Shown in pieces: positions 50,338 through 58,585 of a stretch of DNA of 64,000 nt. Source of the DNA: Pseudomonadales bacterium (GTDB lineage Bacteria; Pseudomonadota; Gammaproteobacteria; Pseudomonadales; UBA5518); NCBI GenBank assembly GCA_022072145.1, contig JAJVIG010000004.1, forward strand, positions 3,919 through 67,918, given 5' to 3'. A model generated the notes under the pieces. It saw nothing but the letters and a program-made list of their open reading frames with translations. It searched no databases and was not told where the DNA came from. The stretch's first letter is position 1, and the number at the start of each line of letters is the position of its first letter. A program made the translations under genes and the position numbers.

Positions 50338-51260
50338 CGCAGCACCCCGTCACGCCACAGGCGCCACAGCAGGGCCCAGACGAAGAGCAGCGGGTGACGG
50401 CGCACGCGCTCGGGGATCTCGATCCGGTGTCCGCTGTGGCGCTCGAGTTTCCACGCGATGTAGTCGAAGCCACCCTCGAAGGTCGCCAGCGCCTTCAGCA
50501 GCCGCGCGATCGACAGCAGCTTGCCCTGCACGCGGCGCAGCCGCCACGCGATCCGCGCGCGGCGTCGTGCGGCCTGCGGCACCTGGCTGCGCACGCGCAC
50601 GCCGTCGAGTTCCAGCGGCCAGCGCAGCGCCGCGCGCACCTCGCGCGTCGCCGCCTCGAAGAAAGCGCGGTTCGCCTCGACCAGCGTCGCGGCGCGACCG
50701 CCGCCCTCGACGCGCAGCTCGGTCGCATAGCTGAGCGCGAGCGCCTGCGCCCACAGTTCGGGCAGCGGGGCGCTGGCCGGCAGCGCCGGCAAGGTGCGGT
50801 CGAGGAAGGTGATCGCAGCCCGGCGCAGTGCCGCGCGCACCCGCTCCAGTGATTGCGCGTCGCGGTGGTACACCACCGCAACCGGTTGGCAGAGCCGGCC
50901 CCAGCCGTAGGATTCGAACCATGCCGGCGACACGGCGCGTTGCAGTTCGCCGAGCGACCACACGCCGTACTTGCTGCGCACGGTGCCGGCCGCGGATGCC
51001 GCCTGCAGGTAGTAGACGTTGGGCGCCAGCGCGCGGTTCGCCAGTGCCTCCAGCGTGCCGGCGTGCGCCGCGCGGTGATCGCGCACGATCACGTACAGGT
51101 CGACCAGACCGTCGAGCAGCTCGCCGCTGCGCAGGCAGGAGCCGTAGAACAGCACCGCGTCGATCGCCTCGCCGTGGCGCGCGCGCAGCGCGGCAAGCAG
51201 TGCATCGAGCGCGCCCTGCGCGCTGCCGGAAGGCGTGTACAGCGGACCGAAGACCGTCAT
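50334..51260 (-). CDS. Tam41/Mmp37-like nucleotidyltransferase (family assignment tentative)
   Basis: 308-aa ORF. LFYGSCLRSG...VDLYVIV...NVYYLQ...SKYGVWSLGELQRAV...YGWGRLCQPV resembles the Tam41 (mitochondrial CDP-DAG synthase) pattern YGSG...DfI..V...vYyN...KYGVis...L..DL..W..lY.aGRl.KPV. ATGA overlaps at both ends. Confidence 0.5.
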   Translation of the reverse strand: MTVFGPLYTPSGSAQGALDALLAALRARHGEAIDAVLFYGSCLRSGELLDGLVDLYVIVRDHRAAHAGTLEALANRALAPNVYYLQAASAAGTVRSKYGVWSLGELQRAVSPAWFESYGWGRLCQPVAVVYHRDAQSLERVRAALRRAAITFLDRTLPALPASAPLPELWAQALALSYATELRVEGGGRAATLVEANRAFFEAATREVRAALRWPLELDGVRVRSQVPQAARRRARIAWRLRRVQGKLLSIARLLKALATFEGGFDYIAWKLERHSGHRIEIPERVRRHPLLFVWALLWRLWRDGVLR

Positions 51261-52240
51261 CGCGGCAATCCCAGCAGGCGCACTTCGCCGGCCACCGCGA
51301 GGTGCAGCGGGCGGGGTGCGTCGGTGCTGCGGTAGAGTTCGCCGTCGAGCGTGAACACGCCGTCGAAGTCGAGCCCGAGCGCGTCGATGCGGTGGCTGTG
51401 GTAGCCGTTGACCGGTGTCATGCGGTGGGTGCGGCGCCCGGCGAGCAGCGGCGGCAGGGAACGCAGGAAATGCGGCGCACGACGCTCGACGGCGGTGAAC
51501 AGCAGCCTCCCGGTGCCTTCGTCGCAGAACGGGTGGATGCCGAGGAACAGCCGTTCGAGCGCGCTGGCCACGATCAGGCGGAACTCGCCGTCGAGCGGCG
51601 CGCCGCTGGCCTCGGTGATGCGCGCGCGCAGCGGCTCCGCGAAACCCTCATGGCCGCGCAGCATTCCCCACAGCGTGCGTGCGAGCGCCAGCCCCGGACC
51701 GGCGTCACCGCGCGGACCGTGCGCCTTCACGCGGCGGTTCCAGTATTCGATGCCATCGACCACGGCGCCGGCGCCGAAGATGAAGCCGTGCCCCAGTGCG
51801 CGGCCGTCCGCGCCGCGCACGCCGATCACCGGGCGCACGATCCGGCGCACCTCGCCGGCTTCGCCGCGCCGCCACGCCAGCAAGCGTGCGAGCGCGTCGG
51901 GCAGTCCGCCACGCATCCCGGTGTCGGCGGCGGTCACGTTCGAGGTGCCGCCGGGCAGCGCACAGACGAGCGGCATGCTGGTGAACGGCGAGCGTTCGAC
52001 CAGCAGGCCGACCACGCGCGCCAGGCTGCCGTCGCCGCCGTTCACCGCCAGCGTGTCTACCCCGTCGCGGGCGAATTGGGCCAGCGTCGCGGCCAACTGC
52101 TCCGGATCCCGCGTGACCACGTGATGAACGCCGTGCGCACCGGCGAGCAACGCGCTGACGGCCTCGAGCCCGCGCCGGTTGTGGCCGCTGTGTGGATTAC
52201 TGATCACGCCGAGGCGCGGGGGGGAATCAGGTGCTGGCAT
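51257..52240 (-). CDS. Lipid kinase of the DAGK-catalytic-domain family (YegS/LCB5-like)
   Basis: 327 codons from ATG 52238-52240. LGVISNPHSG, VNGGDGSL, LPGGTSN are DAGK_cat motifs. Confidence 0.8.
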   Translation of the reverse strand: MPAPDSPPRLGVISNPHSGHNRRGLEAVSALLAGAHGVHHVVTRDPEQLAATLAQFARDGVDTLAVNGGDGSLARVVGLLVERSPFTSMPLVCALPGGTSNVTAADTGMRGGLPDALARLLAWRRGEAGEVRRIVRPVIGVRGADGRALGHGFIFGAGAVVDGIEYWNRRVKAHGPRGDAGPGLALARTLWGMLRGHEGFAEPLRARITEASGAPLDGEFRLIVASALERLFLGIHPFCDEGTGRLLFTAVERRAPHFLRSLPPLLAGRRTHRMTPVNGYHSHRIDALGLDFDGVFTLDGELYRSTDAPRPLHLAVAGEVRLLGLPR

Positions 52241-52350
52241 GGCGCCGCCGGCGCGGGGTTCCTGCGGTAGAGTCGTGGCGGCGAGTATACGGGGGCGCGC
52301 GCATTCCCGATAATCGCCGTCGCCGCCAGACCCGCAGCCGGAGACCACCG

Positions 52351-53418
52351 ATGAGAATCGAAGCCACGATCACCGCCCCGGACAGCATCGAGGAACTCGC
52401 CGCCCACGCGCGCGAACTCGATCGGCTCGGTTACGACAGCCTGCTGGTGCCCGAGGCCGGTCACGATCCCTACCTCTCCCAGATGATCCTGGCCGAGCAC
52501 ACGCGCCGCGCGCGCATCGGCACCGGCATCGCGATCTCGTTTCCGCGCAGCCCGTTCGTGACCGCACAGCTCGCGTGGGACCTGCAGCGCTTCTCGCGCG
52601 GGCGTTTCGTGCTGGGTCTGGGCACCCAGGTGCGGGCGCACAACGAACGCCGCTACTCGACGCCGTGGCCGTCGCCACCGGGGCCACGGCTGCGCGAATA
52701 CATCCTGTGCGTGAAGGCGATCCACGAACACTTCCGCACCGGGGCAAAGCCGGATTTCCGCGGCCAGTACTACCAGTTCACGCTGAGCAACCCTTTCTTC
52801 AATCCCGGCCCGATCGCGGGCGTGGGCGCGGTGCCGATTCACGTGGCGGCGGTGAACCCCTACAACTGCCGGCTCGCCGGCGAGCTGGGCGACGGCATCC
52901 GCATGCATCCGCTGAACACACCGGACTATCTGCGTGACGTGATTCGCCCGGCCGTGGCCGCGGGCGCGGCGGCGGCGGGCCGATCGCTGGCGGACATCGA
53001 GTTCGCGATCAACCCGTTCTTCGCCACCGGCAGCGACGCGACCGAACTGGCGCAGTCGGTCGAGTTGATCCGCAAGCACATCTCGTTCTACGCCGCGACG
53101 GCCTCATATGCGGCCGTGATGCGCCACCACGGCTGGGACGGCGTCGGCGAGCGGCTAATCGCGCTGTCGCGCGAAGGTCGCTGGGACGAGATGCCGGCGC
53201 TGGTCAGCGACGCGATGCTCGAGACCTTCGCGATCGTCGGCCTGCTCGACGAATTGCCGCAGAAGCTCGCCGAACGCTACGGCGGACTGGTCGATGCGGT
53301 CAACGTGGTGTTCGGCCCGCCGTATGCGGCCTTGCAGCCCCGCCAGCGCGATCTGTTCGTGCGCCTGGGGCCGGTGCTGCCGGCGCTGCAGCTCATTGCG
53401 GGCGCGAGCGGTCGCTGA
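52351..53418 (+). CDS. Luciferase-like (LLM class) flavin/F420-dependent oxidoreductase
   Basis: 355 codons from ATG 52351. TIM-barrel LLM pattern (LGYDSLLVPEAGHDP, RFVLGLGTQV, NP...AGELGDG). Confidence 0.8.
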   Translation: MRIEATITAPDSIEELAAHARELDRLGYDSLLVPEAGHDPYLSQMILAEHTRRARIGTGIAISFPRSPFVTAQLAWDLQRFSRGRFVLGLGTQVRAHNERRYSTPWPSPPGPRLREYILCVKAIHEHFRTGAKPDFRGQYYQFTLSNPFFNPGPIAGVGAVPIHVAAVNPYNCRLAGELGDGIRMHPLNTPDYLRDVIRPAVAAGAAAAGRSLADIEFAINPFFATGSDATELAQSVELIRKHISFYAATASYAAVMRHHGWDGVGERLIALSREGRWDEMPALVSDAMLETFAIVGLLDELPQKLAERYGGLVDAVNVVFGPPYAALQPRQRDLFVRLGPVLPALQLIAGASGR

Positions 53419-54724
53419 TCGGGGGCGGGCGCCGCGCGGCCGGCGTCACCAGGACTTGCGCGATCCGGTTGCCCTCCATCGCGGCGACCTCGAAGCGCAG
53501 CCCGTCCCAGTCGACGTGATCGCCCGCGACCGGTATGCGCTCCAGGCTGTGCATCACGAATCCCGCGATGGTGTTGAAGCCGTAGACGTCCCGGCCCGGC
53601 GGGTCCTCCTCGCGTTCCAGCACCTGTTTCACGCGGTCCATCGATGCCGTGCCCTCGATCAGCAGCGCGCCGTCCTCGCGGCGCGTGAACTCGGCGTCTT
53701 CCGGTTCCTCCGGCAGCAGTCGCTCGCCGACGATGGCGCGCAGCATGTCGCCCAGCGTCACCAGTCCCTGCAGTGCACCGTACTCGTCGACGACCAGCGC
53801 GATGTGCGTCCGCGCGCGACGGAAATTGTCGAGCAACTGGAACAGGGTCAGGCTCTCGGTGACGTAGAGCGGCGTGTGCAACCGGGACGTCAGGTCGAGC
53901 GGGAGTCCCTGCAGTGCGGGAACCAGCAGATCGGCCCGGCGCAGGATGCCGGCGACCTGCTCGGCGCTGCCGCGACAGACGACGATGTGTTCGTGTGGAC
54001 ATTCGAGCAATCGTTGCCGGACGACTGCCTCGGCCGCGTTCAGATCGACGCGGTACACCTCGAGCCGCGGCGTCATGATCGAACCGACGCGCTGTTCGTC
54101 GAGCCGCAGCACATTGGCGACGATCTCGCGTTCGCTCTCGTGGAAGACGCCGGACTCCGCGCCGTGCAGCATCAGGACCTTGATCTCCTCGTCGGTGACC
54201 GGGTGTTCCTCGCGGCGCCTCGCTCCGGTGATCCGCAGGATCAGGTCCGAGGAGGCCGACAGCAGCCACACCAGCGGCCGTGCAACGCAGGACAACGCGT
54301 TCATGGGGCGTGCCACCAGCGAGGCGATCGCCTCCGGGGCGAGCAGGCCCAGACGCTTGGGCACCAGTTCGCCTACCACGACCGAAACGTAGGTCAGGGC
54401 GACCACCACCACGGTCAGCGCGACGCTGCTCGCCCACGGTTCGATGGCCGGCACGGTGCGCAACCAGTCGCGCAGCGGGTCCGCCAGCGCGGCTTCGCCG
54501 ACCGCACCGCTGAGGATGCCGATCGAGGTGATCCCCACCTGGATCGTGGACAGGAAACGCGACGGCTCCTCGTGGAGCGCGAGTGCGGCCGGCGCGCCAG
54601 GGCGTCCCGAATCCGCCAGGCGCTGCAGCCGCGCCTTGCGCGAGGACACGACCGCGATCTCGCACATCGCGAATACCGCGTTCAGCAGGATCAGGAATGC
54701 CAGCAGTGCAATATCGATCGCCAT
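53393..54724 (-). CDS. CNNM/TlyC-family protein (DUF21-CBS pair-CorC_HlyC)
   Basis: 443 codons from ATG 54722-54724. DUF21 membrane region (AFLILLNAVFAMCEIAVVSS), CBS pair, and a C-terminal transporter-associated domain. Confidence 0.9.
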   Translation of the reverse strand: MAIDIALLAFLILLNAVFAMCEIAVVSSRKARLQRLADSGRPGAPAALALHEEPSRFLSTIQVGITSIGILSGAVGEAALADPLRDWLRTVPAIEPWASSVALTVVVVALTYVSVVVGELVPKRLGLLAPEAIASLVARPMNALSCVARPLVWLLSASSDLILRITGARRREEHPVTDEEIKVLMLHGAESGVFHESEREIVANVLRLDEQRVGSIMTPRLEVYRVDLNAAEAVVRQRLLECPHEHIVVCRGSAEQVAGILRRADLLVPALQGLPLDLTSRLHTPLYVTESLTLFQLLDNFRRARTHIALVVDEYGALQGLVTLGDMLRAIVGERLLPEEPEDAEFTRREDGALLIEGTASMDRVKQVLEREEDPPGRDVYGFNTIAGFVMHSLERIPVAGDHVDWDGLRFEVAAMEGNRIAQVLVTPAARRPPPISDRSRPQ

Positions 54725-54879
54725 TGTCTTTTCGGCACGGGTTGCGCAGCGCCGCGCGCCGGTCTCGCTGCCGCGCTTCCGGAACGGTGCGGCCGATACC
54801 ATCGGGGCACGCGGATCGTTGCACGGCGGATCGCCAGCCTGCAAGCTGTGGCCGGTGGCCAGCGAGCAGGAGTGAGGTG

Positions 54880-56127
54880 ATGTCCAGAGCAGGGTATGCA
54901 TGCGCTGTCGCGGTGCTGCTGGGCGTATCGTCGATGACGGCGTTCGGCGAGCAGCGAGGCGATGATGGGCCGGGCGCCGACATCCGCGCCTGGGAGGCGT
55001 TCATGAACGCCGCGCGCGACGCCGGCAGCGAGTTCCTGCGCCGGTATCCGCAGGGCGAGCAGTCCGACCGCGCCGAGGCGCTGCTGTACCTGAGCCAGCA
55101 ATTGGCCGGCAGCGTCCAGCTGACGCTCGCCGACCAGGACCGTGACCTGCCGCTGCTGCGCCTCGGCGCGACCAATATCGGCAAGTGGGGGCTCGACGGC
55201 GCCGATGCGCGCTACCTCGGCGCCGCGCTCGATCCGGCGGGACGCTACCGTTTGTCCGGGCAACTGGGAACGGCCCGGCTCACTGCAGTGCAGGTCGTCA
55301 CCGACCATCCGGTCTACGCGGCACACGGCTCGCTGTCGGATGCGGCGCTCGGGACGCCGGGTAGCGAGGTGTCGGTACTGCTCGCCCCCGAGCGGCCGGC
55401 CGACTGGCAAGGGGCGTGGTTGCCGCTACCCGCGCAGGCCAACCGGCTGGTGATCCGGGAGTACTTCGGTGACTGGGCATCGGAGTCCCCGGCGCACTGG
55501 CGGCTGGAGCGGCTCGACACCGCGGCGACGCCGGCGCCGCTGCCGGATCTGGCGGGCGCAGCCGCATCGCTCGCGAACGTCCAGGCGCGCTTCGAGCACC
55601 GGCTGCACATCTGGATGCCGTGGCTCGAGCGCACGCGCGAGCGCTCCACGAACACGTTGGTGCCGCTGGGTCCGGGCGGGCAGGGACTCGCGAACAACGT
55701 CTACGGCGAAGGCTGGTTCAGGCTCGCCGACGACGAGGTGCTGCTGATCGAATTCGATTCGCCGCAGGCCGCGCTGTGGAGCCTGCAGCTCGGCAACAGG
55801 TGGTGGGAATCGCTCGATTACATCCACCGCACCGGCAGCGTCAACGGGGATCAGGCGATCGCCGACGGCGACGGCCGCTACCGGATCGTGGTCGCGGACC
55901 GGGACCCCGGTTACGCGAACTGGCTGGATACCGGCGGGCACCGCGAAGGGGCGATGATGTACCGCTTCCAGAACAGCCGCAACGCACCGTTGCCGGCCGT
56001 GCGACTGCTGAAACGCGGCGCGCTGGACGCCGCGATGCCGCGGGATGCGGCCAGGATCGACGCGGCGCAGCGTGCGCAGCAGATCGCGCTGCGACGCGCG
56101 CACGCACACCGGCGGTGGTCGCCGTGA
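54880..56127 (+). CDS. Secreted DUF1214-like family protein, paralog 1
   Basis: 415 codons from ATG 54880 (SD GAGGTG) with a signal peptide MSRAGYACAVAVLLGVSSMTAFG. Shares DPGYANWLDTGG and the basic C-terminal tail ...RRAHAHRRW with the two paralogs below. Confidence 0.7.
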   Translation: MSRAGYACAVAVLLGVSSMTAFGEQRGDDGPGADIRAWEAFMNAARDAGSEFLRRYPQGEQSDRAEALLYLSQQLAGSVQLTLADQDRDLPLLRLGATNIGKWGLDGADARYLGAALDPAGRYRLSGQLGTARLTAVQVVTDHPVYAAHGSLSDAALGTPGSEVSVLLAPERPADWQGAWLPLPAQANRLVIREYFGDWASESPAHWRLERLDTAATPAPLPDLAGAAASLANVQARFEHRLHIWMPWLERTRERSTNTLVPLGPGGQGLANNVYGEGWFRLADDEVLLIEFDSPQAALWSLQLGNRWWESLDYIHRTGSVNGDQAIADGDGRYRIVVADRDPGYANWLDTGGHREGAMMYRFQNSRNAPLPAVRLLKRGALDAAMPRDAARIDAAQRAQQIALRRAHAHRRWSP

Positions 56128-56141
56128 GCGCCGGGTTCGCG

Positions 56142-57794
56142 ATGGCCCTGCGCTGCCTGCTCGCGTTGCCATTGCTTGCCTCGGCCCAGCTGGCGCTGGC
56201 GAGCGCGACGACAGCGGACTGCGCACTGCTCGCACGCGCGCAACGCTTCGACCCGGCGCTCGACGACTGTTTCGCGCTGGCGATCCGCGCGGGTGGCGAA
56301 GGCATGGAGCGGCTGCTGGCGCGGGATTTCTCCTACAACACCTCGCGTGGCACCCGGCTCGACGGCGAGCAGCTGCGTGCCTGGCTGGCCGGGGACGCCA
56401 ACCGGCTCGCGGACGTGCGCGTGGAGGATCTGCGCGAGCGCGCCACGGGCACCGCGGTGCTCACCGACGGGGTGATGGTGGCCACGCCGGTCGGCGAACC
56501 GCCGCTGCGTTCGCGTTATCTGCATGTCTGGGTGTACGAGGAGCCGGCCGGCTGGCGACTGCTGGCGCGCCAGGTCACGGAGCTGCCGGTAGATGCACCA
56601 TCCGCGGATCCGGATGATCCAGTGCACGGTGCGTTCGGCGAACTGCTGCGCAGCCTGGTCGACGCGGAGCGAAGCGTGCGCGGCAGTCCGGCCTACGGCA
56701 GCGACACCGAGCGCGCGGCGGGCTATCTGCACCTGTCGCGGATGGTGCTGAAGTCCGTCGAACAGGAAATGCTGCAGGACGCGGATTTCCCGTTCTTCCG
56801 CGTCATGGACCTGCACATCCGCGAGGGCGGCGACAACCCGGACCAGCGCTACCTGTTCGCGCCGGTTCGCGGCGGCCAGGCGTACCGCATCCACGGACAG
56901 CTCGGCAGCGCGGACCGACTGGAAGTGCAGCTCTATGCCGGTGAGCCGTGGGCCGGCAGCGGCCGCTCGGCGGGCTATCTGGGCTTCGAACAGATCGATA
57001 TCGGCGCCGACGGCAATTTCAGCATCGAGCTGGTCGCTCCGGATGCGTCGCTTGGCCGCAACCGGCTTGGCAATCCCGGCGACAGCACGACGGTGGTCGT
57101 GCGCCAGATCTACAGCCGCTGGCAGGTGGCCGATCCCGGGCACGTGCACATCGACCGCGTCGGCTTCGAGGGCGTGCCGCGTGCGCCGGCATCGAGCGAG
57201 GAGGTGGGGCGGCGACTGCGCGAGACCGCACGCATCCTTGCGCAGTCGGTGCGGGTGTGGCCCGATTTCGTGCAGCAGCGCTATGTGCGTGCACTGCCGG
57301 CCAACACGCTGACGGCGCCGGCCGATACCGCGCGCCTCGGCGGGGTGCACGGGCGCTGGATGGCGAGCGGGCATTTCGAGATCCCCGCGGGGCAGGCGCT
57401 GGTGGTGCGCACCGTGCCGACCTCGGCGCACTACCAGGCGTTGCAGATCGCCGATCTCTGGTTCGCCTCGCTGGAATACGCCAACGGAAGCGCGAGTTTC
57501 ACGGCGGCCCAGTCGCGCCTGGCGGCCGATGGTGCGTACTACCATGTGATCAGCGCCGAGGATCCGGGCTACCACAACTGGCTGGGCACCGGTGGACTGC
57601 AGCGCGGTGTGCTGTTGCTGCGCTATGACGGCGTGCGCGGTGAACTGCCCGCGAACCAGTGGCCTTCGGCGCAACTGCTGCCGCTCGCCGAGCTCGAGCG
57701 TCACATCCCGGGCTTCACGATGGTGACGCCCGAGGAGCGCGCCGGGCAGTTGCGCGCGCGGCGCGCACACGTGCAGCGACGGTTCAGCCGGTAG
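56142..57794 (+). CDS. Secreted DUF1214-like family protein, paralog 2, with an extra N-terminal ~130-aa domain
   Basis: Signal peptide MALRCLLALPLLASAQLALA; GTG 56124, overlapping the upstream TGA, is an alternative start. The N-terminal region looks like a SnoaL/NTF2-type fold. The C-terminal part is colinear with paralogs 1 and 3 (GGDNPDQRY, DPGYHNWLGTGG, RRAHVQRRF). Confidence 0.7.
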   Translation: MALRCLLALPLLASAQLALASATTADCALLARAQRFDPALDDCFALAIRAGGEGMERLLARDFSYNTSRGTRLDGEQLRAWLAGDANRLADVRVEDLRERATGTAVLTDGVMVATPVGEPPLRSRYLHVWVYEEPAGWRLLARQVTELPVDAPSADPDDPVHGAFGELLRSLVDAERSVRGSPAYGSDTERAAGYLHLSRMVLKSVEQEMLQDADFPFFRVMDLHIREGGDNPDQRYLFAPVRGGQAYRIHGQLGSADRLEVQLYAGEPWAGSGRSAGYLGFEQIDIGADGNFSIELVAPDASLGRNRLGNPGDSTTVVVRQIYSRWQVADPGHVHIDRVGFEGVPRAPASSEEVGRRLRETARILAQSVRVWPDFVQQRYVRALPANTLTAPADTARLGGVHGRWMASGHFEIPAGQALVVRTVPTSAHYQALQIADLWFASLEYANGSASFTAAQSRLAADGAYYHVISAEDPGYHNWLGTGGLQRGVLLLRYDGVRGELPANQWPSAQLLPLAELERHIPGFTMVTPEERAGQLRARRAHVQRRFSR

Positions 57795-57980
57795 CGGCCT
57801 GGGGGCCCGTTCATCCGCCATGCAACGCGAGCGCCTGCGTGCCGGCGCGCGTGCTCGCGGTACGGCAGGTCGAGCATCGCGCCGGGTGCGTGCAGCCGCA
57901 CGACACCGGAGGCGAGGGCGGAGTGCGTGCGGTGCGGGATCACCTGGACGCGTTTACCGGACCGGTACCGGTCAGCACGT

Positions 57981-58295
57981 TCATGCGCAGTCCTCCGCGT
58001 GGTTGCCTGAACCCGGTGTGTGCGCGCGCGATGGTGTGGCGTCGTCGCCGAGGCGCCGATCGGCAGCCAGGCGGATTTCCTCGTCGCGCAGCGCCATCAG
58101 CACGGCCTCGAGTTCGGCGAACCCGAGCTCGATCGCATGCAACTGGACGATGAGCTGGCCGCTGCCGGGCGGGTGTTCGTGGAACGGCACGTCGTGGCCG
58201 AAGCCGTCGACGAATACCCGCAGCACGCCGCTGCAGTGCGGTGTTGCGGTGCGGTGGTGGAATACGTCCACGAGGGACGGGGTGATGATCGACAT
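57981..58295 (-). CDS. Small His-rich hypothetical protein (104 aa)
   Basis: ATG 58293-58295 is preceded by a consensus AGGAGG 5 nt upstream. 10 His in 104 aa (FHHRTATPH, GHDVPFHEH, AHTPGSGNH). No family recognised. Confidence 0.5.
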   Translation of the reverse strand: MSIITPSLVDVFHHRTATPHCSGVLRVFVDGFGHDVPFHEHPPGSGQLIVQLHAIELGFAELEAVLMALRDEEIRLAADRRLGDDATPSRAHTPGSGNHAEDCA

Positions 58296-58349
58296 GAGTC
58301 CTCCTGTTTGCCCTTGAAGGGCATCCGGGAGACGTGACGCGATGGGTGC

Positions 58350-58445
58350 CTGCTTGGTTGCCGGCCGGCCGCATCCCTCTTGCGAGGACACCACCTTGCC
58401 CAGGCGGGCAGGTTGGCGGGGCGTCAAGCCCTCTCGTGATGCCAG
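58350..58445 (-). promoter_or_regulatory. Candidate structured cis-regulatory RNA, unit A (riboswitch-like four-way junction)
   Basis: P1 GCAUC/GAUGC (58438-58442 with 58371-58375). P2 GGGC-UUGAC-GCCC. P3 CCA(A)CCUGCCC-GCCU-GGGCA(A)GGUGG. P4 CCUC-GCAA-GAGG. 3' tail GGCAACCAAGC. Lies in the 5' leader of the His-rich ORF. Confidence 0.5.
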
Positions 58446-58451
58446 ATACAT

Positions 58452-58480
58452 AAACGAAAAACCCCGCAGCAAGGCGGGGT
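58452..58480 (-). terminator. Intrinsic terminator between RNA units B and A
   Basis: On the minus strand: ACCCCGC-CUUGCU-GCGGGGU followed by UUUUCGUUUA. This is a 7-bp GC-rich stem plus a U tract. Confidence 0.65.
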
Positions 58481-58488
58481 CAGCGTCC

Positions 58489-58578
58489 GCTTGGTTGCCC
58501 GCAGGCCGCATCTGCTCTTGCGAGCACACCACCTTGCAGGGACGCTGCAGGTTGGTGGGGCTGACCCCGTCTTGATGC
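58489..58578 (-). promoter_or_regulatory. Candidate structured RNA, unit B (same fold as unit A)
   Basis: P1 GCAUC/GAUGC (58574-58578 with 58508-58512). P2 GGGG-UCAG-CCCC. P3 CCA(A)CCUGCAG-CGUCC-CUGCA(A)GGUGG. P4 UGCUC-GCAA-GAGCA. Tail GGCAACCAAGC. There are compensatory changes relative to unit A in P2, P3 and P4. Confidence 0.5.
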
Positions 58579-58585
58579 AGGAGGG

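Noticed and set aside
57701-57943. 80-aa minus-strand ORF downstream of the His-rich gene
   Set aside because: It overlaps the 3' end of the convergent DUF1214 paralog 2 gene, has no RBS, and has artefact-like Arg-rich composition.
58350-58578. Assignment of the tandem RNA units to a known riboswitch class (ZTP, cobalamin, glycine, TPP, NiCo, c-di-GMP-II)
   Set aside because: Unit A contains CCGCCUGGGCA, which resembles the ZTP 3' motif, but unit B replaces it by covarying stem nucleotides, so it is structural rather than a conserved ligand motif. ACCUGCC resembles the end of a B12 box, but it is in the wrong position and the other cobalamin blocks are missing. The tandem arrangement recalls glycine riboswitches, but the GGAGAG...CACCGAAGGGGCAA cores are absent. 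The TPP CUGAGA/ACCUGAUCUGGAUAAUGCCAGCG blocks are absent. All of this is judged from memory of the consensus sequences, so a covariance-model scan is still required.
58350-58578. CRISPR array
   Set aside because: There are only two units, they have diverged from each other, each is about 90 nt long and internally structured, there is no repeat-spacer periodicity, and no cas genes are in the window.
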